From Candidatus Multivoradales bacterium (GTDB lineage: Bacteria > Acidobacteriota > Thermoanaerobaculia > Multivoradales > Multivoraceae), in contig CBDCWI010000002.1 in NCBI GenBank assembly GCA_965223325.1, positions 1,312,001 through 1,376,000 of the forward strand: a stretch of 64,000 nt of DNA. The letters are read 5' to 3'. Of this stretch, positions 20,359 to 30,607 are shown piece by piece. Under the pieces are notes generated by a model. The model did not search any database and had not been told where the DNA came from. It worked only from the letters and a program-made list of their open reading frames with translations. Every line of letters starts with the position of its first letter. Position 1 is the first letter of the stretch. The position numbers and the translations under genes were made by a program.

Positions 20359-21966
20359 TCACCAGGTCGCAGAACGGCGGCCAAGAGCGCTGCTCCAGCC
20401 TCTGAACCCACTCTCGAAGCTGTCGAAGAAGAGCATCTCCGGCCCCGGCGCGAAGGAGCAGGCAGCGCCGATGATCGCATCGCTGGGGTGGTAGGAGATC
20501 CAGCTTCCCTGCCGCCTTTCGCCGTTGTTCCAGACAAAGAAATTCGGACCAGCGTCGGGCACGTCGTAGGTGTTGTTCTCGAAACGGTTGCCCAGCGCGT
20601 TGAAGATCGACAGGTCCGCGATGTCCTGTAGGGCACCGGCTGCCCATCCCTTGCTCTGGCGGACGCAGTTCTCATGCACCCAGAGATCACGCACCTCGTA
20701 CTTGCCGCGTGGCCCACTTCCGCGAGCCTGCTGAATGGCGATGATGCCGTCGGCGTTGTCGAGGACCTTGTTGTAGCGCACCTCGACGCCACTCGATGCC
20801 GCAACCAGGATCCCGGCGCCCCAACCCCAGACGTCGAAGCCGAAGCCGTTGCCGACCACGGTGTTGTACTCGATCAGCGCATCGAAACTGATCTCGTGGT
20901 AGATGCCGATCTTGTCGTTGTTGGCGACCAGGTTGTGGTGGTGATGGGCATCCTGGTTGTCGATGTCTGTCCAGATGCCCGGACCATAGTTGTCGTGCAC
21001 GTGGTTGTAGGCCACTTCGAGGGCGCTGGTGTACGCGAACTTGGTGCCGCCGGCTTCCCAATTGACGGTAAAGCCGGTGGTGTTGTTCCAGGCGATGTCG
21101 TTGGCGAGCACCTTGATGCGCGCCCCGTTGCCGGCAATGCCGAGCTGGCCGTTGTGATGTACGAAGCTGTTGCGCGCCGTGCCGAAGTCGTTGAGCCGGA
21201 TACCGGCGCCGTGGTTGTAGCGCGCCTCGACGTTCTCGACCAGCCAGCGCAGGCCACGCGGACTCGTCGTCCGGTCGTTGTGGAACTGGGCGTCGATGGC
21301 GCCGTGTTGCGCGTGGTTCGCGTACTTCTCGACCACCAGGTCACGAACCACCACATCATCCGCGGGGCCGATGATTGCCCGGTCTGTCAAGGTGGTTTCG
21401 ATGACCCGGCCGCCAGGGTCTGTACCGATCCAGATGCGGTCGGCGCCGTAGTCGAAGTAGAAGGTCCCGGCGTTGACCTCGCCGAGCGACCCGACCTGCT
21501 GCAGCAGCTGATTGTCGATGTAGACGTCCTCGGGATGACCGCACAACGGGCTTTCACTCACGCAGGCTCCGTGCGCCCCGCGGTCCTGCGTCTGGCCATC
21601 GGCAAACCAACGGTCGCCATCTCTGGTCCATGAACTCAGGCGCCGGGCGCCAGTGAGGACCGTCAGGCGTTCGCCATTCGGACCGAGAGTTCCCGCCCAC
21701 ACCTGGCCATCGCGTGGCCGCACCGTCTGCTGCACGTAGATACCGGGTCGCAAGCGAAAGTGCGTTCCCTCGGCGTAGGTCTGGGCGGCAGCGTTCAGAT
21801 CATCGCCCGGCGAGAGCACGACCTCCGCCATCGTCGGCGGTGCACAGAGGAGTGCCAGTCCTGAGATCAAAGCTAGTCTCGGCGCCCCTCTTCTCTGGCG
21901 TTGCCGTCTTGTCGTCCGTCGCTCGCTCCACGCCGGCGGCCGACTACCCCAAATGGTCGTCATCAA
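20359..21966 (-). CDS. Secreted right-handed parallel beta-helix protein (paralog 1)
   Basis: Same architecture; shares FYFDYGADRI, VVEKY.NHAQ.GAIDAQ and GIYHEIS with paralog 2; C-terminal FFDSFESG. Confidence 0.9.
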   Translation of the reverse strand: MMTTIWGSRPPAWSERRTTRRQRQRRGAPRLALISGLALLCAPPTMAEVVLSPGDDLNAAAQTYAEGTHFRLRPGIYVQQTVRPRDGQVWAGTLGPNGERLTVLTGARRLSSWTRDGDRWFADGQTQDRGAHGACVSESPLCGHPEDVYIDNQLLQQVGSLGEVNAGTFYFDYGADRIWIGTDPGGRVIETTLTDRAIIGPADDVVVRDLVVEKYANHAQHGAIDAQFHNDRTTSPRGLRWLVENVEARYNHGAGIRLNDFGTARNSFVHHNGQLGIAGNGARIKVLANDIAWNNTTGFTVNWEAGGTKFAYTSALEVAYNHVHDNYGPGIWTDIDNQDAHHHHNLVANNDKIGIYHEISFDALIEYNTVVGNGFGFDVWGWGAGILVAASSGVEVRYNKVLDNADGIIAIQQARGSGPRGKYEVRDLWVHENCVRQSKGWAAGALQDIADLSIFNALGNRFENNTYDVPDAGPNFFVWNNGERRQGSWISYHPSDAIIGAACSFAPGPEMLFFDSFESGFRGWSSALGRRSATW

Positions 21967-22291
21967 GACTCTCCTGAAACGAAAGGAAGGGAAGAAAAGA
22001 TCAGCGCAGAGAGCAGGGAGTCAGAACGACTCGGGGGGTGGGCGAGAAGCAGGTTCTGCCTCTTCCAGCTGAGTAGACATATTCTAATCAATCTATTTTA
22101 GAGCTGTCCACACCCCTCTCAATACAAAGATTTCTACTTTTCGCGCTGCACCCCTCGGTTATCCCAGCAAGGCGGCTAGACAGTGCCCTGGGCAAGGCGC
22201 CTGGCGCTACCATGAGCACCGCCGCCTCGTCCCAGAAACCCCCGCCGTCCGCGCCTCGAGAACCGCGCGGATCGCAATAAAGGAGCACACC

Positions 22292-25200
22292 TTGCTGCCT
22301 CTTTCCTCGCCCGAACGTCTCGTTGCACTCTCTGACCGCTCCTGGCTCTTCGTCGGCCATCTCGCGCTGGCCTTCGTCGCCGCCATCGGGAGCCCGGCAA
22401 GCGTTGGAGCGCAAGAAGAGGACACGCCGACCTGGAGCGTCGCGGCACCGCCGGACGCTCCGACCTACGAGGCGGAAATCGATGTCACCGAGGGGACCTG
22501 GATGTCGGTCGACGTCCACCCGGGCGGCCAGCATCTGGTCTTCGACCTGCTCGGTGACCTCTACCTGCTGCCGATCGAAGGCGGCGACGCCCAGGCTCTG
22601 ACCACCGGACTGGCGTGGGACTTCCAGCCGCGCTTCAGTCCTGACGGCCGGGAGGTCGCCTTCACCAGCGACCGCGACGGCGGCGACAACCTATGGGTCC
22701 TTGACCTCGGCGATGCCCTTCAGGGAGGCGATGTCGGCGAGGCACGCCAGATCAGCAAGGAGGACTTCCGGTTGGTCAACTCGCCAGCCTGGAGCCCCGA
22801 CGGTCGCTACCTGGTGGGCCGCAAGCACTTCACCTCGACGCGCTCGCTCGGTGCCGGCGAGATCTGGATGTGGCACGCGAGTGGCGAGGGCAGCGGCCTG
22901 CAACTCAACGAACGTCCCAACGACCAGAAGGACCTCGGCGAACCGTCCTTCTCGCCCGACGGACGCTACGTCTATTTCAGCCGCGACTCGACACCCGGCG
23001 GCACCTTCCAGTACAGCAAAGACTCGAATGGCGAGATCTACACCATCCGTCGCATCGATCGAACGACCGGCGAAATCGACGTCGTCTTGCGCGGGCCAGG
23101 CGGCGCGGTGCGCCCGACGCCTTCTCCCGACGGTCGCTGGCTGGCGTTCGTGCGCCGCGAGCGTTTCCAGAGCAAGCTCTTCGTTCACGACCTGGTAAGC
23201 GGTGCGAACCATCTCGTCTACGACCGGCTCGACCGAGACATGCAGGAGATCTGGGCGATCCATGGTGTCTATCCGGCCCTCGCCTGGACACCCGATTCCG
23301 ATGCGCTGATCTTCTGGGCCAATGGTGGGATCCATCGCGTCGCGCGAACTGGAGGCGAGGCCGAAACGGTTCCCTTCCGCGTCCGGGCGACCCGCACACT
23401 CACCGAAGCCCTGCGCTATACGGTCGACCCGGCGCCCGAGAAGCAACACACCAACGCCCTGCGCTGGCTGCAGGTCTCCCCCGACGGCAAGCGCCTGGTG
23501 TTCGAAGCGCTCGGCAAGCTATGGACTCGCGAACGGCCTTCAGACTCCACCCCGTGGGGCGAGGCGCGGCGCCTGACCTCCCAGAACGATCACTTCGAGC
23601 TCTACCCCGAGTTCTCTCGCGACAGTTCACAGATCGTCTATGTCACCTGGGACGACGAAGAGTTCGGCAGCATACGACTCGTCGCCTCGACCGGCGGCAC
23701 CGGGCGCACTCTCACTGAGACCCCCGGCCACTGGGTCGAGCCGACCCTGTCGCCCGACGGCACCACGGTCGTAGCGCGTAAGATCGGTGGTGGCCGACTG
23801 CGGAGTCCCCTGTGGTCGAAAGAACCGGGACTGTGGGTGGTTCCGGTCACCGGCGGCGGCGCGTCGCGCCGCTTGCGTACCTCGGGTCTTAGGCCGCACT
23901 TCGGTGCCACCAACGATCGGGTCTTCTTCATCGACATCGAGAGTTGGGACTCTCGTTTCCTACGCAGTACTCCGCTCGCAGGCATCACACCCTCAGAAGG
24001 CGAACGCACCCACGCCACAAGCAAGATCGCCACCGAGATGCGGGTCTCTCCAACCGGCGAATGGCTCGCCTTCGTCGAAGGGTTCAAAGCATTCGTCGCG
24101 CCGTTCCCAGACGCTGCGAAGGCGATCGCGATCGGCCCGAAAATGAGTGCCCTGCCAGTTACCGAAGTTTCTGCCGACGCTGGCGAGGCGGTTCACTGGT
24201 CGGGCGATGCAGAGACCCTCTACTGGGCCCGCGGGCCGGAGCTTTTCGAGCGCGCCTTGAACACCGCGTTCACTTTCCTCGCCGACAGGCCCGACGAGCT
24301 TCCCAGCGACGCTCCTTCAGGAACCGACGTCGGCTTCGATTTCACCCCCCTCCGGCCCGGTTCAGACTCTTTACTTGCCATCGTCGGTGCGCGCCTGGTG
24401 ACGATGGCCGGCGAGGCCCACGACGAGGTGATCGAAGACGGCACGATCCTGGTGCGCAACGACCGGATCGTCGCGGTTGGCGCGCGCTCGGCAATCGACG
24501 TCCCGCCCGAGGCGCATCGACTCGATGGAGCGGGAAAGACCGTGATCCCCGGCCTGCTCGATGCCCACTACCACGGCGCACAGGGAAGTTCTGAGATCGT
24601 GCCCGAGACCAACTGGAACAATCTCGCAGCACTGGCCTTCGGGGTGACCACGGTGCACGATCCGTCGAACGACACCAGCACCTTCTTCGCCGCCAGCGAG
24701 CTGCAGCGGGCCGGCGAGATCACCGCACCGCGGCTGTTTTCGACCGGCACCATCCTCTATGGCGCCGCAGGCGACTTCAAAGCCGATATCCAGACCCTCG
24801 ACGACGCCCGTTCTCACCTCCGGCGCCTGCAGGCGGCCGGCGCCTTCTCGGTCAAGAGCTACAACCAACCGCGGCGCGACCAGCGACAGAAGATCGTCAA
24901 GGCGGCGCGGGAGCTCGAGATGATGGTGGTCAACGAAGGCGGCGCCACCTTCCAACACAACATGACCATGATCGCCGACGGTCATACCGGCATCGAACAC
25001 TCGCTCGCCGTCGGTGCGATCTACGATGACGTCCTGCAGTACTGGGGTCAGAGTGCGGTAGGCAACACCCCAACCCTGGGCGTCGCGTTCGGCGGCATCG
25101 AGGGCGAGCGCTATTGGTATCAGCACACTAAGGTGTGGGACAACGAGCGCCTGCTGGCCTTTGTGCCCCGTGCCCGGGTTGATGCGCGCGCCCGTCGACC

Positions 25201-25624
25201 GACCATGGCCCCCGAGGAGGAGTACAACCACATTCTGGCCGCTCGGGTCGTCAAGCAACTGCACGACGCCGGTGTCGGCATCCAGGTCGGGGCGCACGGC
25301 CAACGCGAAGGTCTGGCCGCCCACTGGGAGATGTGGATGTTCGAACAGGGCGGCATGACGCCTCTCGAAGCGTTGCGTGCCGGCACCTGGAACGGCGCCA
25401 AGCACCTCGGGCTCGACGGCGACCTCGGATCGATCGAAGTAGGAAAGCTCGCCGACCTGGCGATCATCGATTGCAATCCGCTCGCGGACCTGCGCTGTTC
25501 GATCAACGTTTCGCACGTGGTGCTCGGTGGCCGGCTCTACAATGCCAGCGATATGGCCCAGATCGCGCCATCGGTCGAAGCCGCGCCAAGGCTCTGGTTC
25601 CACGACGAGCGGGCGACCGACTGA
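22292..25624 (+). CDS. Amidohydrolase with N-terminal TolB/PD40 beta-propeller repeats
   Basis: SD AAGGAG with TTG start; many PxFSPDG repeats; PGLLDAHYH, GAHGQREG, GSIEVGKLADL. Confidence 0.93.
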   Translation: MLPLSSPERLVALSDRSWLFVGHLALAFVAAIGSPASVGAQEEDTPTWSVAAPPDAPTYEAEIDVTEGTWMSVDVHPGGQHLVFDLLGDLYLLPIEGGDAQALTTGLAWDFQPRFSPDGREVAFTSDRDGGDNLWVLDLGDALQGGDVGEARQISKEDFRLVNSPAWSPDGRYLVGRKHFTSTRSLGAGEIWMWHASGEGSGLQLNERPNDQKDLGEPSFSPDGRYVYFSRDSTPGGTFQYSKDSNGEIYTIRRIDRTTGEIDVVLRGPGGAVRPTPSPDGRWLAFVRRERFQSKLFVHDLVSGANHLVYDRLDRDMQEIWAIHGVYPALAWTPDSDALIFWANGGIHRVARTGGEAETVPFRVRATRTLTEALRYTVDPAPEKQHTNALRWLQVSPDGKRLVFEALGKLWTRERPSDSTPWGEARRLTSQNDHFELYPEFSRDSSQIVYVTWDDEEFGSIRLVASTGGTGRTLTETPGHWVEPTLSPDGTTVVARKIGGGRLRSPLWSKEPGLWVVPVTGGGASRRLRTSGLRPHFGATNDRVFFIDIESWDSRFLRSTPLAGITPSEGERTHATSKIATEMRVSPTGEWLAFVEGFKAFVAPFPDAAKAIAIGPKMSALPVTEVSADAGEAVHWSGDAETLYWARGPELFERALNTAFTFLADRPDELPSDAPSGTDVGFDFTPLRPGSDSLLAIVGARLVTMAGEAHDEVIEDGTILVRNDRIVAVGARSAIDVPPEAHRLDGAGKTVIPGLLDAHYHGAQGSSEIVPETNWNNLAALAFGVTTVHDPSNDTSTFFAASELQRAGEITAPRLFSTGTILYGAAGDFKADIQTLDDARSHLRRLQAAGAFSVKSYNQPRRDQRQKIVKAARELEMMVVNEGGATFQHNMTMIADGHTGIEHSLAVGAIYDDVLQYWGQSAVGNTPTLGVAFGGIEGERYWYQHTKVWDNERLLAFVPRARVDARARRPTMAPEEEYNHILAARVVKQLHDAGVGIQVGAHGQREGLAAHWEMWMFEQGGMTPLEALRAGTWNGAKHLGLDGDLGSIEVGKLADLAIIDCNPLADLRCSINVSHVVLGGRLYNASDMAQIAPSVEAAPRLWFHDERATD

Positions 25625-25759
25625 CCGGCCAAGACCAGGGGGGCAAAGGGGGCAATGAGGGAACGGGGCGGTCTGCCCGGCGTTGTTCTTTCAACAGCCC
25701 CTAGAACTCATACAGCCGCTGCTGCAACTCGGACACCACGGAAGCCTCCGGAGAAACCT

Positions 25760-28519
25760 ATGTTCAACGGTCTCGACGTCGATCTGCGCTACGCCGTACG
25801 CAACCTGGTGCGCTACCCGGGTTTCTCACTCCTCGCCCTTCTGGCCCTCACGGTAGGTCTCGGAGCATGCATCGCGATCTGGAGCGTCATCTACGCCGTC
25901 GCCCTGCGTCCGCTGCCGTGGAACGGAGCCGATCGCCTGGTATCGCTCGCCGAGCGTGACCCTTCCCAACCGGAGATGGCGCGTTCCGGTTTCGAGCTCT
26001 CCCACCTGCGGGAGTGGAACGAGCACTCGACTACTCTCGAAGCAGTGGCAGGCTACATGGGCGCCGGCCTGGTGTTGACCGCCTCGGGGCAGGAACCGAC
26101 TCGTCTCGAGGCGCTAAGGGTCTCACCCGAGTTCTTCGACGTCCTCGGGGCGACCCCGGCCCACGGCCGGACCTTCGAACGGAGCGAAGTCGAAGCCGGT
26201 GAAACGCGACTCGCCGTCCTCAGTCACGCGACCTATCTCCAGCACCTGGGAGGCGACCCGGCACGAATCGGCGAGACTCTGCGCCTCGACGGCGACCCGT
26301 ACCTCGTTCTCGGTGTAATGCCCGAGGGCTTCCGCTTCCCAGACGACTCGGTCGAACTCTGGACCCCACTCGCCTGGGCACCGGTCACGCCGGGCCCCGA
26401 TGGTCAGCAACCCGAGCGCCATATCCAGCTTCCAGCAATCGGACGCCTGGCACCTGGGACCACCATTGCCCAGGCCGAAGCCGAAGGACAGATCTTGCTC
26501 GAACAGCTCGACACGGCGCGTCGACAGCGCACCATCGGCCGCCTCGAAGCGCGCCGTCAACGGGCGCTCGAGTCCACCGATGAATCAGTGGGAGGGCCAG
26601 CGATCGGCGAGGAACCCAGCAACGGCCCTGGCCCCCGTCGCCGCGTCGTGCGGCGCACAGCCTCCGGCGAGGCAAATAGCGAGTCTGCTGGCGGAGGAGC
26701 AGCGAATGGACAGGAGGGACAACGGCGGGTCGTACGCCGTCGCGGCGACCCGGGCGGCCCTGGTGGGCCTGGTGGGCCTGGTGGGCCAGGCGGCGAGCCA
26801 GAGGATCCCGAACGCCTTGCCGCGATGGCTCAAGAGATCAGCGCCGCACCACCACCGCAACTCGAGATCACCGGCATGCTCGAGCAACAGGTCGCCCCCA
26901 TCAGACCAGCTCTTCGTCTGTTGGCGGGAACTGTTCTCCTGGTGCTGCTGGTGGCCTGCGCCAACGTCGCCAACCTGCTTCTGACCCGCGGCGTCGGGCG
27001 CCGCCGCGAGCTCGCAACGCGCGCCGCCCTCGGTTCGAGCCGAGGAGGGCTGGCACGTCTACTGATCGCCGAGTCCTTGGTCCTCGCACTCGTCGGTGGG
27101 GTGCTCGGCCTGGCCTTCGCCTGGGGCGCCCTCTACTGGCTCCGTACCCTGGTCCCAGCCGACGTACCGCGCGGCGACGAGATCGGGCTCTATCCGCCGG
27201 TTCTCTTGTTCGCACTCGGCCTGGTGCTCCTATGCACCCTCTTGTTCGGCGCGGTGCCGATTCTGCAGACGCGCTTTTCCAGTCTCGTGGCGTCGCTCGG
27301 CCGGGATGCCACACCGACATCGGGCGGTCGTTCCATGCAGTCTCTGTTGCGCGGAGGCCTGGTGATCGCCGAGGTGGCGCTGGCGCTTCTTCTCCTTTTG
27401 GGCGCGGCGCTGTTCGCCAACAGCTTCCTGACCCTGTCGCGTGTTGACCCCGGCTACCAACCTCACAACGTGATCACGGCCGAGGTCGCACCTCCCGCGA
27501 GCCGCTACCCCGCTGGAGCGGTGCGCAACGGTTTCTACCGAGATCTCCTCGAGCGGCTCCGGGCTCTGCCCGGCGTTGATGACGCCGGGGTGGTGAACTT
27601 CCTCCCCCTTACGCGAAGTCGAATCGCGCTGAGCCTGCAAATCGAAGGGCAGGCGCCGCCTGCCGACCCCAGCGAGGCACCGCAGGCCGACCTGCGACTG
27701 GTCAGTGCCGGCTATCTCGAAGCGATGGGGATTCCACTCACCCAAGGACGCCTCTTCGAACGGCGTGACGCCTCGAGTGGCCAACCGGTCGTGATGGTGA
27801 ACCGGGTGTTTGCCGAGCGCTACCTCGAAGAAGGCCGCGCCGTCGGCACCAGACTTGCCAACTTCGGCGAGATCATCGGAGTCCTCGGCGACGTGCGAGC
27901 GCAAGGACTCGACGCCGACCCCACGCCGACGTTCTACCTGCTCATCGACGCAGCACCAGCGATGATGAGTGACATCTTCACCCGCATGTCGGTGGCCGTG
28001 CGCTCCGACCGCCCGCAAGAGGCGATCCCGGCGATGCGCACCGCGCTGGCCGGTCTCGACCCGCAGGTACCGTTCGAGGACCTGCGCTTGATGGACGAGC
28101 GGCTGTACGAATCGGTCGCCACACCGCGCTTCTACGCCACCGTGCTCTCGATCTTCGGGCTCGTCGGTCTCTTACTCGCCATTGTCGGGGTCTACGGCGT
28201 GTTGTCGTTTGCCGTGCACCAGGAAACCCGAGAAAACGGTGTACGCATGGCACTCGGCGCAGCCCCCACGACTCTCCTACGTCGCACCGTCTGGCGCGGC
28301 GCGCGCTTGGCCCTGATCGGCATCGCCATCGGCCTCGTCGCGGCCTACTTCCTGGCCCGCCTCGTGGGCTCGCTCCTGTTCGGCATCGAAGCGACCGATC
28401 CTCTCACCTGGGCCATTGCCATTGCGGTCATGCTCCTCACCGCCACCATCGCCTGCCTGGTTCCGGCTCGACGCGTAGCCCGCGCCGACCCGGTCCAGGC
28501 GCTCCGCTACGACGGCTGA
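25760..28519 (+). CDS. ADOP-type duplicated MacB/FtsX ABC permease (orphan)
   Basis: DLRYAVRNL, LLVACANVANLLL.R...RRRELATRAALG, GVYGVLS, GVRMALGA, PARRVARADPVQALR. Confidence 0.93.
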   Translation: MFNGLDVDLRYAVRNLVRYPGFSLLALLALTVGLGACIAIWSVIYAVALRPLPWNGADRLVSLAERDPSQPEMARSGFELSHLREWNEHSTTLEAVAGYMGAGLVLTASGQEPTRLEALRVSPEFFDVLGATPAHGRTFERSEVEAGETRLAVLSHATYLQHLGGDPARIGETLRLDGDPYLVLGVMPEGFRFPDDSVELWTPLAWAPVTPGPDGQQPERHIQLPAIGRLAPGTTIAQAEAEGQILLEQLDTARRQRTIGRLEARRQRALESTDESVGGPAIGEEPSNGPGPRRRVVRRTASGEANSESAGGGAANGQEGQRRVVRRRGDPGGPGGPGGPGGPGGEPEDPERLAAMAQEISAAPPPQLEITGMLEQQVAPIRPALRLLAGTVLLVLLVACANVANLLLTRGVGRRRELATRAALGSSRGGLARLLIAESLVLALVGGVLGLAFAWGALYWLRTLVPADVPRGDEIGLYPPVLLFALGLVLLCTLLFGAVPILQTRFSSLVASLGRDATPTSGGRSMQSLLRGGLVIAEVALALLLLLGAALFANSFLTLSRVDPGYQPHNVITAEVAPPASRYPAGAVRNGFYRDLLERLRALPGVDDAGVVNFLPLTRSRIALSLQIEGQAPPADPSEAPQADLRLVSAGYLEAMGIPLTQGRLFERRDASSGQPVVMVNRVFAERYLEEGRAVGTRLANFGEIIGVLGDVRAQGLDADPTPTFYLLIDAAPAMMSDIFTRMSVAVRSDRPQEAIPAMRTALAGLDPQVPFEDLRLMDERLYESVATPRFYATVLSIFGLVGLLLAIVGVYGVLSFAVHQETRENGVRMALGAAPTTLLRRTVWRGARLALIGIAIGLVAAYFLARLVGSLLFGIEATDPLTWAIAIAVMLLTATIACLVPARRVARADPVQALRYDG

Positions 28520-28551
28520 GTGAGGCGCCGAGACCCGCGACAGACAGATCG

Positions 28552-29039
28552 GACCAACCACGCCCCGCCGGCCAGCCCCGAGCTACAGAACCTCATGGCG
28601 GCGCGTGACAACGAAGCCACGAATCCGCGGCGCGCAACGGTCCGCTTGCGCTGCAAGGGTGATGCTAGCGAGGGGTGTAGTAACCACCCCACGCCGACAC
28701 AAGAGTCGACCCAAGCCCAGTAACGCGGGCCCGTCCAGGCCCACGCCCCACAAATCGACCTACCACGCCCCGTCGACCACCACCGAGCTACAAGACCTCA
28801 TGCCGGCCCGTGACAACGAAGCCACGGATCCGCGGCGCGCGACGGGCCGCCGAAGGCCGAGGGCGGAGCTGCAGGGCGGACGCCGCGCGCATACGACACG
28901 CGCCACGGTCCGCTTGCGCCGCAAGAGTGACGACTAGCGAGGGGTGTGGTAACCACCTGACGCCGACTCCAGAGGCGAACCAGACCCAGTAGCGCGGGCC
29001 ACTCCGGGCCGGCGCCCCAACACCGACCAACCACGCCCC
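28552..29039. repeat. Degenerate tandem repeat: units of 205 bp and 268 bp plus the start of a third
   Basis: Units begin GACC(A/T)ACCACGCCCC at 28552, 28757 and 29025. Shared blocks CCGAGCTACA, GTGACAACGAAGCCACG, ACGGTCCGCTTGCG and CTAGCGAGGGGTGT. Confidence 0.88.
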
Positions 29040-29042
29040 TCG

Positions 29043-29762
29043 CTAGTCCCTCGACATGAAGAGCCGCAAGATGTACCAGAACATCAGAGCGATCGAAGCG
29101 AACAGTTCCATCGCCGCCGCGACGTAGCGGTCTTCTGGATAGTGGTGCAGCACGTTCGAGGTGTCGTAGAGAACGGCGAGGCCGGCAAACGCCACCATCG
29201 CTGCGGAGAACCAGATGCCGAGGGTGAACTTGAACAGCACCGCGGCAACAATCAGTCCGAGGGCAGCGAAGCCCATGAACACCAGTGCCCCGCGCATGAA
29301 CGAGAAGTCCTTGCGGGTGATAAAAACGACTGCCGTGAGCCCAGTGAACAAACCAACCGTCGCAAACGCCGCTCCTTGAATGGCACCGGGTGTGTACGCC
29401 GCAGCGACATACAGAAGCGGTACGAAGATCACCGCTTGGGCGGCGATCAACGCGCCGTAGGCCAGGTACTGCATCGGCAGCGATCTCACAGTGTGCGACA
29501 CGTGTGACGCGATCCAGCTGACGACGATGAAGGCGCCGAGCACGAACAGCCAGTTGGTGCCCAACATGACGCGGGCCATGCTTTCGGCCATGCCGCTCGA
29601 GAACAAGATGACCTCGATGGCGGCAAACGCCAGAATGCCGCCCATCAGATGGGCATAGGTGCGCGTGAAGAACTGCGCTCGCGCGCCGGTTCCTTCGGCG
29701 GTGATCGGGGTGTTGTGGATCTCGTGGGGTGGGTTGGGCGCCCCTTGATAGATCTCACTCAT
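29043..29762 (-). CDS. Bax inhibitor-1/YccA family membrane protein
   Basis: SD GAGGAG; RAQFFTRTYAHL, TRKDFSFM, VLYDTSNVLH, AAMELFASIALMFWYILR. Confidence 0.93.
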   Translation of the reverse strand: MSEIYQGAPNPPHEIHNTPITAEGTGARAQFFTRTYAHLMGGILAFAAIEVILFSSGMAESMARVMLGTNWLFVLGAFIVVSWIASHVSHTVRSLPMQYLAYGALIAAQAVIFVPLLYVAAAYTPGAIQGAAFATVGLFTGLTAVVFITRKDFSFMRGALVFMGFAALGLIVAAVLFKFTLGIWFSAAMVAFAGLAVLYDTSNVLHHYPEDRYVAAAMELFASIALMFWYILRLFMSRD

Positions 29763-29956
29763 TCTGAACTCTCCTCTCGGTCGCCCCGCCGTGCGAGGCA
29801 ACCCTGGTTTAGGACTGCAATCAAGGAAAACGTCACGATCGAGGAAACGTAACGCAGAGAATTGGAATTTCGGTCGCGATGTGACCCGAAGGGTCTTCCA
29901 TAAGACCGCTCGCGCCGATTCGCGACTCCAGGGTTCCGAACCGATCGGCCGGACAC

Positions 29957-29972
29957 CGATTATATATTGTCG
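29957..29972. promoter_or_regulatory. AT-rich imperfect palindrome: -10 element (TATAAT on minus strand) and/or NrdR-like box
   Basis: CGATTATATATTGTCG between the divergent yccA-like and dCMP deaminase genes. Confidence 0.4.
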
Positions 29973-30045
29973 CCTCTCGATCGCTCTATTCCGCGTAACC
30001 TGTCCCTCGACCCCGATCCTGCAAGACGGCACAGAAGGCTGAGGC

Positions 30046-30525
30046 GTGAAAGAAAAGCACATTCGCATCCGTATCGAGCAATGCCTGGCGCTCTCGAAGG
30101 CCTCTAACTGCCCGCGCCGCAAGTTCGGAGCGCTGCTCCTTGACCCGGAACGAAACGTCACCCTGATGGACGGCTACAACGGCGGTCCGCGTGGCGGCGG
30201 CGATCTGTGCGGCGGCCACGTCTGCCTGCGCGACAAAGGGGAGATCCCATCGGGTGAACGCATGGAAGTCGGCTGCCATCACGCAGAAATGAACGTGGTG
30301 TGCAACTGCGCCGCGGCGGGCGTGCCGACCCGCGGCGCCTGGCTGCTGGTCACCGGGGAGCCCTGTGTTCTGTGCGCCAAGCTCATCCATCACGCCGGCA
30401 TCCAGAAGGTCATCGTGGTCGGCGGCGGCTACGCGGGCGCCAACGGCGTCGACTACTTGCGCGCCCATGGCGTGCAGGTCGATAGCGTCGAGGGCCCGCA
30501 GGATCCGCGCCTGGCGGACTCCTGA
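30046..30525 (+). CDS. dCMP deaminase/ComEB-family zinc deaminase
   Basis: [21 protein letters not shown] and PCVLC zinc motifs. Confidence 0.9.
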   Translation: MKEKHIRIRIEQCLALSKASNCPRRKFGALLLDPERNVTLMDGYNGGPRGGGDLCGGHVCLRDKGEIPSGERMEVGCHHAEMNVVCNCAAAGVPTRGAWLLVTGEPCVLCAKLIHHAGIQKVIVVGGGYAGANGVDYLRAHGVQVDSVEGPQDPRLADS

Positions 30526-30607
30526 CGCCGCCGCCGAGCAGTCGGGCCGCACCGGCTACACTGCGCCCACCGATTCCAGACATTTCAACAAGAGAGCGGA
30601 GTTCCCC

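Noticed and set aside
20192-20647. N-terminal extension of ORF 18614-20647
   Set aside because: It overlaps the upstream paralog; the SD and signal peptide support a start at 20191.
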